A stretch of DNA of 64,000 bases from a bacterium (GTDB taxonomy: Bacteria > Patescibacteriota > Minisyncoccia > UBA6257 > JAGOQP01), in contig JAJXZH010000011.1 of the NCBI GenBank assembly GCA_021780155.1, forward strand, positions 846 to 64,845, read 5' to 3'. Every line of letters starts with the position of its first letter. Position 1 is the stretch's first letter. Below are positions 56,278 to 64,000 of the stretch, in pieces. The position numbers were made by a program, and so were the translations under genes. Below the pieces are notes generated by a model. That model was given only the letters and a program-made list of their open reading frames with translations, made no database searches and was not told the origin of the DNA.

Positions 56278-57828
56278 ATGAGAAACACGGTTATCTTAAT
56301 TGTTCTTGACGGCTGGGGAATTGGCGAAAGAGGAGAGTCCAATCCAATTTATGCCGCCAAGCCAAAAAACATAGCTTATATAAAAAATAATTTCCCATCC
56401 GGTTCATTGCAGGCCTCCGGAATTGCCGTTGGGCTTCCTTGGGGGGAAGAAGGCAACAGCGAAGTCGGCCACTTAACTATGGGAGCGGGAAAAATAATTT
56501 ATCAACATTATCCAAGAATCAGTTTATCAATAAGAAATAAAGATTTTTTTTCCAATCCAACGATTGAGGCTTTATTCGATAACGCCAAAAAAAATAATTC
56601 AAAAGTGAATTTAGTAGGACTCGTTGGAGAAGCCAATGTCCATTCTTCAATGGAGCACTTGCAGGCATTAATAGATATGGCATCAAAAAAAGAAGTCAAT
56701 TTTATGATACAAGCCATTACCGACGGTAGAGACAGCGCCCCGGAATCGGCAATGTCTCTATTAGAGAAACTTCCTCAGGGGCATATTGGAAGTATTGTCG
56801 GTAGATTTTATGCAATGGACAGAGACAAGCGATGGGATTTAACCCAAAGAGCTTACAATTTATTGACCGGAAACATAAGCGATTCTCAAATTATTCCGGA
56901 AAAAGACATCAAAAAGAATCTTCAACAAACTTACGACAAAGGACTCAATGATGAATACATATTGCCGATGATTATCGGTTCAAAAGAAAATATTATTCAG
57001 GAAAAAGATTCGGTTTTCTTTTTTGATTTTAGAGAAGATAGAATGAGACAATTAGTTGAGGGATTTATCAATCCTCAATTTTCACAATATCCGACAAAAA
57101 AACTCAAAGATGTTTTGTTTGCTTCAATGACTCAAATAAGAGAAGATTTTGATATTCCGGTGGCATTTCCTCCACAACACGTTGATAATCCGGTAGGAAA
57201 AATAATTTCGGAACACGATAAAACACAATTAAAAATTGCCGAAACTCAAAAATACGCCCACGTTACATTTTTCTTTAACGGCCTTAATGATGCGGCTTTT
57301 ACCAATGAATATAGAGTGCTTATTCCTTCAAGAATTATCCCTCGCCAAGACCAGGACCCGATAATGATGGCGCCGGCAATAACAACAAGATTAATTCAGG
57401 CAATAGAAGAAGAAGCGTTTGATTTTATTTTGGTTAATTACGCCAATCCGGATATGGTGGCACATACCGGAAATTTTGACGCCTCCATTAAAGCGATTCA
57501 GGTGATAGACGAACAATTGGGAAATGTGGTCCAGGCGATACTCAGACACAACTCCACCGCCATCATCACTTCCGATCACGGAAATATAGAGCGTTTATTT
57601 AATCCTCAAACCGGAGAACCGGAAACAAAACACGACACCAGTCCGGTTCCCGTATATCTTGTTGGAACAAAATATTTCAAACCTCAAAATCCATCAGATG
57701 TTGATGAAAGAGAAAAATTTACTATCGGCATGCTATCGGATATAGCACCGACAATTTTGGAACTAATGGGAATGCCCAAACATCCGGATATGACCGGAGA
57801 AAGTTTAATAAGAAATCTCCTGTATTAA
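56278..57828 (+). CDS. gpmI: Cofactor-independent phosphoglycerate mutase
   Basis: LDGWG, GNSEVGH, GRFYAMDRD, AETQKYAHVTFF, NPDMVAHTG, TSDHGN. Confidence 0.96.
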   Translation: MRNTVILIVLDGWGIGERGESNPIYAAKPKNIAYIKNNFPSGSLQASGIAVGLPWGEEGNSEVGHLTMGAGKIIYQHYPRISLSIRNKDFFSNPTIEALFDNAKKNNSKVNLVGLVGEANVHSSMEHLQALIDMASKKEVNFMIQAITDGRDSAPESAMSLLEKLPQGHIGSIVGRFYAMDRDKRWDLTQRAYNLLTGNISDSQIIPEKDIKKNLQQTYDKGLNDEYILPMIIGSKENIIQEKDSVFFFDFREDRMRQLVEGFINPQFSQYPTKKLKDVLFASMTQIREDFDIPVAFPPQHVDNPVGKIISEHDKTQLKIAETQKYAHVTFFFNGLNDAAFTNEYRVLIPSRIIPRQDQDPIMMAPAITTRLIQAIEEEAFDFILVNYANPDMVAHTGNFDASIKAIQVIDEQLGNVVQAILRHNSTAIITSDHGNIERLFNPQTGEPETKHDTSPVPVYLVGTKYFKPQNPSDVDEREKFTIGMLSDIAPTILELMGMPKHPDMTGESLIRNLLY

Positions 57829-57836
57829 ATAAAAAA

Positions 57837-59123
57837 TTAAAAAACTACCGATTCTTTTTTCCAAATTTCAAGCGCTCTGCTGTATTTTGCCATTCTTTCC
57901 GGTTTTCCCGGAGCTCCCGATTTGATACCCCAGGCACCCACGCCAACAGCCAAATCAGCGATAAAAGAATCCATCGTCTCCCCACTCCTGTGGCTGACCA
58001 CTTGTTGCCAACCATTGTCGCGAGCCATTTTTATAACTTCAATTGTTTCAGATAAAGTTCCAATCTGATTAAGTTTGATTAAAATGGCATTTCCGGATTT
58101 TTTTTCTATCGCCTCCTTCAATCTTCCCGGGTTGGTGGTTGTAAGGTCGTCGGTGATAATAAGTTTTTTGTTTTTTTGAGTTTGTTTTTCGGTCAACAAA
58201 TTACCACTTAACCGAGAAAAATCATCAAAAGATTCTTCATCAAAAGGATCTTCCAAAGAAATCATTTCATAACGTTCAAATAAATCCAGATAAAAAACAG
58301 AAAGCTCTTCCGGCGTCATTTCTTCTTGTTCTATGGTGTATAAATTATTTTGTTTTGAATAAAATTGAGAAGCGGCCGCATCAAGTCCGATTTTCAATGG
58401 ATAAAGATGGTGATTAATTAATTCCTGCATTATCTCAAGAGCTTCTTGATTTGTTTTAAATGGACAAACATAACCGGCTTCATCGCCCAATAAAACATTT
58501 TCTTTGCCATAAATTTTTGAAAGTTCCTTGCCGAGTTTTTTATAAAATTCCTGACCAACGCTCAAGCCGATACCAAAATCTTTAATTGTTGGAATTACTT
58601 GAAACTCCTGTAAGTCCAAACCTTTTTTGATTCCGAATTTTTTCTCCCAATCTTTTGGTATCTCGACATGAGCCCCGCCATTGATAACATTAAATAATGG
58701 TCGAGGAAAATCTTCAAAAAATTTTTTTTGATTATCGGACAAATCTTTTAGATAACGATAAAGTTCTATTCCTCTCGATTTTGCCCAAGCTCTGGCAAAA
58801 GCCAACGATAAAGACAAAATTAAATTAGCCCCAAGATTGCTCTTGTTTTGCGTCCCATCAAAAGCAATGAGCAATGAATCAAATTCTTTTTGGTCTCTAA
58901 AATTAATTTTCAAAATATCTTTTTTGATTTCTGAAAATTTTTCAAAGGCCTCTTTGGGATTTAAAACAAACGCCTCATGAGCGCCGGTACTCTTGCCGGC
59001 AGGAACAGAAGCAAAAGCAACTGCGTTTTTGCCTTCCCCTTCCCGAGCCAAAAGATGGGCCTCCAGAGTATCATGTCCGCGAGAATCTTTTATTATCTTT
59101 ATCTGGCCATCTATTATTTTCAT
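57837..59123 (-). CDS. eno: Enolase
   Basis: DSRG, STGAHEA, LGAN, NGGAH, QEF, GDE, EDPF, DDL, IKLNQIG, SHRSGET. Confidence 0.95.
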   Translation of the reverse strand: MKIIDGQIKIIKDSRGHDTLEAHLLAREGEGKNAVAFASVPAGKSTGAHEAFVLNPKEAFEKFSEIKKDILKINFRDQKEFDSLLIAFDGTQNKSNLGANLILSLSLAFARAWAKSRGIELYRYLKDLSDNQKKFFEDFPRPLFNVINGGAHVEIPKDWEKKFGIKKGLDLQEFQVIPTIKDFGIGLSVGQEFYKKLGKELSKIYGKENVLLGDEAGYVCPFKTNQEALEIMQELINHHLYPLKIGLDAAASQFYSKQNNLYTIEQEEMTPEELSVFYLDLFERYEMISLEDPFDEESFDDFSRLSGNLLTEKQTQKNKKLIITDDLTTTNPGRLKEAIEKKSGNAILIKLNQIGTLSETIEVIKMARDNGWQQVVSHRSGETMDSFIADLAVGVGAWGIKSGAPGKPERMAKYSRALEIWKKESVVF

Positions 59124-59154
59124 ATTTTTCCTTAATTCGGAAAATCGGCAAAAG

Positions 59155-61650
59155 TTATTTGTTTTTGGATAAATACACTATCGTTTTTACGACCGAATCA
59201 GGATTTAGCGATATTGCTTGAATTCCTTCTTTAACCAAAAACTTGGCAAATTCAGGATAATCGCTGGGAGCTTGCCCACAAATACCGACATATTTTTTCC
59301 TGGCATTACATTTTTTAATCGCTTGAGAAATCAAATTTTTTACGGATTCATCATTCTCGTTTCCGACTCCTTTCAATCTTTCTATGCCATCTCTATCCAA
59401 ACCCAATGTCATTTGAGTCAAATCGTTTGAGCCGATACTCATCCCATCAAAAATATCCAAAAATTTATCGGCCAAAATAACATTGGATGGAATCTCGCAC
59501 ATCACATAAACATTAAAGCCACCACCTTTTTTAAGCCCGTATTTATTCATAATCCCTAAAACTTTTTTTCCTTCTTCAACGGTTCGACAGACGGGTATCA
59601 TTGTTTGAACATTGGTCAATCCCATTTCCTCTCTTACTTTTTTTATCGCTTTTATTTCAAGAGCAAACGCCGGAGCAAACGCCGGATGATAATAACGAGA
59701 AGCCCCACGCCAGCCGATCATTGGATTTTCTTCGTGTGGTTCATAAATTTCTCCTCCAATTAATTGCCTATATTCGTTTGTCTTAAAATCACTAAAACGA
59801 ACAATGATGTCTTTGGGGTAGAAAGCGGCGGCAATCTTACCTACTCCATAAGCCAAATTGTCAACATAATATTTCTTTTTATCTTTTGCCCATCCGGTTT
59901 TTTTCTCTATTTGAGAAATAACTTTTTTAATTTTTGGGTCTTTTTGAGATTTTTTAAGCAATTGATCAAACTCAATCAAAGCCATCGGATGAATTCCAAT
60001 ATCGGAAGCAATAATAAATTCTTCTCGCGCCAAACCAACTCCACTATTTGGCAAAAATGATTTTTCAAAAGCGGTGTCGGGAGTGGCGATATTCATTGAA
60101 ATTTTTGTTTTTATTTTGGGAAGTTTTTTTATATCATGCTCCACGACATTAAATTTAAGAGTGCCGTCAAAAACATAACCCTCACTGCCGGTAGTATCAA
60201 CGGTTATCATCTGCCCTATTTTTATTTTTTTGGTGGCATTTTCTGTCCCGACAATACACGGGATTCCAAGCTCTCTGGAAACAATTGCCGCATGAGAAGT
60301 TCTGCCTCCTTTGTCGGTGACAATCGCCGAAGCAATTTTCATTATCGGTTCCCAGTCGGGGTCAGTCATGTCGGTTACCAAAACTTCTCCCGCCTTAAAG
60401 TTGCCGATTCCTTTAACATCCATAATGATATTAGCTTTCCCGGTAGCAATTTTATTTCCAACCGAAATTCCTTTACACACTTCTTTTCCGGTCTGAGATA
60501 ATTGATATTCTTTAATAATCGAAAAATCTCTTTGAGCTTGAACCGTCTCCGGTCGAGCTTGAACGATATAAAGTTCCTGAGTTTTCCCGTCTTTGGCCCA
60601 TTCAATATCCATCGGTGTCCAAACTTTTCTCACTCGCGAGTAATGATCTTCAATCATTTTTCCCCACATTGAAAGAGTTAAGATTTCTTTATCATTCAAA
60701 ACATAAGCCCGCCTTTCTTTTTCTTCGGTTGCAACAATTTTTGTCGGCTTGGGTCCTTGAAAATTATAAATCATTTTCCTGTCTTTTGAGCCGTGCTTTT
60801 TGGCGATTATTGGAATAATCGCCGCAGATTTGTGCTGGTCCTTATCCGCACTATTCCGCGTTTCTATCCGCGCGGATCCGCGCTCCTGAAGAAAGGGCTT
60901 GTAAACAATATATTCATCGGGAACAATTTCTCCTTGAACAATCATCTCTCCCAATCCCCAAGTGGCATTAACAACAACCACATCTTTAAAACCGGATTCG
61001 GTATCAACGGTGAACATAACCCCTGAGGCCGCCTTATCGGAACGAACCATTTTTTGGACTCCGACTGATAGCGCTATTTTCAAATGATCAAAACCCTTGT
61101 CTTGTCTGTATGAAATTGCTCTGTCGGTGAAAAGAGAGGCGATACATTTTCTAACGGCAACAATTAAATTTTCTTCACCAACAATATTTAAATATGTTTC
61201 CTGCTGACCGGCAAAAGACGCTCCGGGCAAATCTTCGGCAGTAGCCGATGAACGGACGGCAACATCAACATTGGTAAAATATTGCTTCTCCATTTTTCTG
61301 TAGTAAGAAATTATTTGTCTTTTCAAATCCATCGGAAGTTCGGCGGAGACGACCGCCTTTCTGACCATTTCTCCTTTTTTATAGAGTTCTTTTATGTCTT
61401 TGGTATTTAAATTCTTTAAAGTATCTTTGATAAAATTTTTCAAAATCATTTTTTTTCCATCAGCGCCTTTAACGACGCCTTCGTTTATAAAATGACGATA
61501 AGCGGAAGCGGTAATAACAAATCCGTCCGGAATGTTAACTCCTTTGGGTTTTAAAAATTTAAGCATTTCTCCCAAGGAAGCATTTTTGCCTCCGGCTTCA
61601 GGAACATCTTTAATAGTGAGCGAGGACATCTCGCGAATGAATGGTTTCAT
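59155..61650 (-). CDS. ppsA: Phosphoenolpyruvate synthase
   Basis: GGKNASLGEM, VRSSATAED, GGRTSHAAI phospho-His, ENPMIGWRG, SIGSNDLTQ, GICGQ. Confidence 0.96.
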   Translation of the reverse strand: MKPFIREMSSLTIKDVPEAGGKNASLGEMLKFLKPKGVNIPDGFVITASAYRHFINEGVVKGADGKKMILKNFIKDTLKNLNTKDIKELYKKGEMVRKAVVSAELPMDLKRQIISYYRKMEKQYFTNVDVAVRSSATAEDLPGASFAGQQETYLNIVGEENLIVAVRKCIASLFTDRAISYRQDKGFDHLKIALSVGVQKMVRSDKAASGVMFTVDTESGFKDVVVVNATWGLGEMIVQGEIVPDEYIVYKPFLQERGSARIETRNSADKDQHKSAAIIPIIAKKHGSKDRKMIYNFQGPKPTKIVATEEKERRAYVLNDKEILTLSMWGKMIEDHYSRVRKVWTPMDIEWAKDGKTQELYIVQARPETVQAQRDFSIIKEYQLSQTGKEVCKGISVGNKIATGKANIIMDVKGIGNFKAGEVLVTDMTDPDWEPIMKIASAIVTDKGGRTSHAAIVSRELGIPCIVGTENATKKIKIGQMITVDTTGSEGYVFDGTLKFNVVEHDIKKLPKIKTKISMNIATPDTAFEKSFLPNSGVGLAREEFIIASDIGIHPMALIEFDQLLKKSQKDPKIKKVISQIEKKTGWAKDKKKYYVDNLAYGVGKIAAAFYPKDIIVRFSDFKTNEYRQLIGGEIYEPHEENPMIGWRGASRYYHPAFAPAFALEIKAIKKVREEMGLTNVQTMIPVCRTVEEGKKVLGIMNKYGLKKGGGFNVYVMCEIPSNVILADKFLDIFDGMSIGSNDLTQMTLGLDRDGIERLKGVGNENDESVKNLISQAIKKCNARKKYVGICGQAPSDYPEFAKFLVKEGIQAISLNPDSVVKTIVYLSKNK
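60822..60884. repeat. GC-rich TCCGC-repeat segment inside ppsA
   Basis: TCCGC at 60845, 60855, 60867 and 60877; encodes ERGSARIETRNSADKDQHKSA. Confidence 0.65.
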
Positions 61651-61758
61651 AATAAATTTATTTGATTAATTATTGTTTTGTTGATTATATCACATAATTT
61701 TATTTTTTGGCATCTTAAAAATAGTGAACTAAAAACAAAAAATGCGAGTAAATAAAAA

Positions 61759-61788
61759 CAGGCGCTTATGTTTTTACATAAACGCCTG
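61759..61788 (-). terminator. Probable terminator after hppA
   Basis: CAGGCGCTTATGT...ACATAAACGCCTG stem with a T-run on the minus strand. Confidence 0.6.
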
Positions 61789-61818
61789 CCGGTTATTTAT
61801 CTAATGAGTTTTTTGATT

Positions 61819-63855
61819 TTAAACAAAAAGCAAAGCCAAAGCCAAAGTCAAAGTCGATAAAAGTTTGATTAAAACATGTAACGAAGGACCGGCGGTGTCT
61901 TTGAATGGATCTCCGACGGTATCTCCAGTAACAGAAGCTGCATGAGCAGCACTTTTTTTGCCTCCCAAATTTCCCTCTTCTATATATTTTTTGGCATTAT
62001 CCCAAGCCCCTCCTCCATTATTCATCATTGTTGCCATCAATATGCCGGTGATAGTGCCGACCATCAAAAATCCGGCTTCGGCTTCGGCGCGCAAGAAAAC
62101 ACCAACCAAAATAGGAACAGCAACCGCCAAAACTCCCGGCAAAATCATTTCTTTGAGTGCTCCTTTGGTGGTAATATCAACCGCTCGAGCGTAATCCGGC
62201 TTCTCGGAACCATTCATAATTCCCGGCTTTTCTTTAAATTGAGCTCTAACATCATTAATTATGTAGTAAGCGGCTTTTCCGACAGCGCGAATTGCCAATG
62301 AAGAAAATAGAAAAACAAGCATCGCCCCAATCAGCGCTCCGACAAAAACTTTCACTTTTGCCAAATCAACAACTGAAATATGAACCTCTTCCAAATAAGC
62401 GGAGAACAAAAGAAATGCCGCCAACGCCGCAGAACCTATGGCATAACCTTTAGTCAGAGCTTTTGTGGTATTTCCAACTGCATCCAATTTGTCGGTAGTT
62501 TTTCTTATTTTTTCCGGAGCATTACTCATTTCCGCAATTCCTCCGGCATTGTCGGTAATCGGTCCAAAAACATCCATTGCCAAAACATAAGCCGCAGTCG
62601 CCAGCATTCCCATCGTCGCCACGGCGGTTCCATAAAGTCCTCCCGTTGGAACGCCGCTTTGTGAACCAAACCAATAAGAAAGCAGAAGCGAAGCGCTGAT
62701 GCCAACAACCGTTAATCCGGTTGATTCCAAACCAACGGCAAATCCAGAAATAATATTAGTCGCGTGTCCTGTTTGAGAAGCAATGGCAATTTCTCTAACC
62801 GGTCTGAAACGAGCTTCGGTGTAGTATTGAGTGATATAAACAAAAGCGATTGAATTGGCTATTCCGACAAGTCCCGCCCAAAAAAACCACAAATTCCCAA
62901 GCATAATATCTGTAACAAAATAAAAAGCGATAGCAGCCAAAATGCTCGTTACCCAATATCCTTTATTTAAACTTTTCATCGGGTTGTCTCCTTCTTTACT
63001 TTTGGCGCTATAAATTCCGATAATGGTAGCAATCAATCCAAAAGCTCTTAGAACCAGCGGGAACATGATTCCCTTGATTCCAAAAACCGGATAAAGAGCC
63101 ACTCCCAAAATCATTGCTCCAATATTTTCAGCGGCAGTGGATTCAAAAATATCCGCTCCTCTTCCGGCACAATCTCCAACATTATCTCCCACCAAATCGG
63201 CAATGACTGCCGGATTGCGCGGATCATCTTCGGGAATGCCGGCTTCTATTTTTCCAACCAAATCGGCTCCAACATCGGCCGCTTTGGTAAAAATTCCTCC
63301 ACCCAATTGAGCAAAAAGCGCAACCAACGAAGCTCCAAATCCATAACCAACAATCAAAGAAGGAATTTTTATAGCTTCATATCCCAAAAGAGAATAAAAC
63401 AAAAACAAGATTGAAATTCCAAGCAAGCTCATTGAAACAATAATTATTCCTGAAACCGCCCCACCTCTTAACGCCACTTTTAATGCTCCTGATAATCCAT
63501 CTTCGGCGGCGGCGGCAGCTCTGACATTGGAACGAACCGACATTGACATTGCCACTATTCCGGCAATTGCCGATGATGCCGCTCCAAAAACAAAAGCCAA
63601 TGCCGTTTGCCACCCTTGGTCCCATTTACCGGAAAATCCATAAACAAAAAATAGTAAGATAGCCAAAATAGCTCCGATAAATCCAATCGTTCTATATTGA
63701 CGCTTTAAAAAAGCGCTTGCTCCTTGTTTAATAATATTTGAAACTTCCTGCAAAGAACTTGAACCCTGCGGCTGACGCAAAACCCATTTTGCCAAAAAAG
63801 CGGCAAAGACAAGCGCCAACAAAGAAATACCCAACGCCAATAAATTGTAATCCAT
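61819..63855 (-). CDS. hppA: Membrane-bound pyrophosphatase, K+-independent H+-pumping type
   Basis: GGGIFTKAADVGADLVGKIE, DLVGDNVGD, GNTTKA (Lys variant), GDTVGDPFKDTAGP. Confidence 0.95.
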   Translation of the reverse strand: MDYNLLALGISLLALVFAAFLAKWVLRQPQGSSSLQEVSNIIKQGASAFLKRQYRTIGFIGAILAILLFFVYGFSGKWDQGWQTALAFVFGAASSAIAGIVAMSMSVRSNVRAAAAAEDGLSGALKVALRGGAVSGIIIVSMSLLGISILFLFYSLLGYEAIKIPSLIVGYGFGASLVALFAQLGGGIFTKAADVGADLVGKIEAGIPEDDPRNPAVIADLVGDNVGDCAGRGADIFESTAAENIGAMILGVALYPVFGIKGIMFPLVLRAFGLIATIIGIYSAKSKEGDNPMKSLNKGYWVTSILAAIAFYFVTDIMLGNLWFFWAGLVGIANSIAFVYITQYYTEARFRPVREIAIASQTGHATNIISGFAVGLESTGLTVVGISASLLLSYWFGSQSGVPTGGLYGTAVATMGMLATAAYVLAMDVFGPITDNAGGIAEMSNAPEKIRKTTDKLDAVGNTTKALTKGYAIGSAALAAFLLFSAYLEEVHISVVDLAKVKVFVGALIGAMLVFLFSSLAIRAVGKAAYYIINDVRAQFKEKPGIMNGSEKPDYARAVDITTKGALKEMILPGVLAVAVPILVGVFLRAEAEAGFLMVGTITGILMATMMNNGGGAWDNAKKYIEEGNLGGKKSAAHAASVTGDTVGDPFKDTAGPSLHVLIKLLSTLTLALALLFV

Positions 63856-64000
63856 CTTAAAATAAAAAATTAATTATAATATTTTCCTTTAATCGGCCAT
63901 ATAAAAATCAAACGTTTTTGAAAACTCAAACAAAGCGACATTTGATTTCAAAAAAGCCAACTTAGGAATTTTAAGGTTGATAAAAATTTAACAAAAAATT

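Noticed and set aside
188..63625. Numerous 60-150 aa ORFs antisense or out of frame within identified genes
   Set aside because: Shadow ORFs of well-supported genes with no independent motifs.
1..64000. Alternative genetic code (TGA read as Gly, as in Gracilibacteria/Absconditabacteria)
   Set aside because: Conserved genes are full length under code 11, and several end at TGA at the expected position (e.g. mutM, ruvA, Xer).

Overview
AT-rich bacterial chromosomal window whose gene content and style (N-terminally shortened MurE, tandem VirB2-type pilins, rpsO-NYN-pnp order, scarce Shine-Dalgarno motifs) point to a Patescibacteria/CPR, probably Parcubacteria, genome. This taxonomic call is inferred, not tested. 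Most genes lie on the minus strand. Housekeeping genes include metG, murE, ruvA, rpsT, holA, mutM, rsmA, pcrA, comM, pnp, rpsO, a Xer recombinase, murI, cca, hup, rny, gpmI, eno, ppsA and hppA, plus four tRNAs (Leu-TAG, Arg-TCG, Lys-CTT, Gly-GCC). The notable parts are: (1) a ~14 kb chromosomal type IV secretion-like operon (VirB6-like, PrgI, VirB4 plus a partner, beta-propeller, orphan kinase) with no relaxase or VirD4 in the window, containing a VirB2-type pilin fused to a zinc LAS/M15-type peptidase; (2) a tandem array of six VirB2-type pilins; (3) two outward-facing ECF sigma / membrane protein / secreted protein cassettes, each with an AAC-N16-CGT motif next to its start codon, flanking cell-envelope genes; (4) several unannotated structured intergenic RNA candidates; (5) small palindromic and heptamer repeats, some apparently inserted in frame in genes, and tRNA-derived fragments. 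No CRISPR array, rRNA or transposase was seen.
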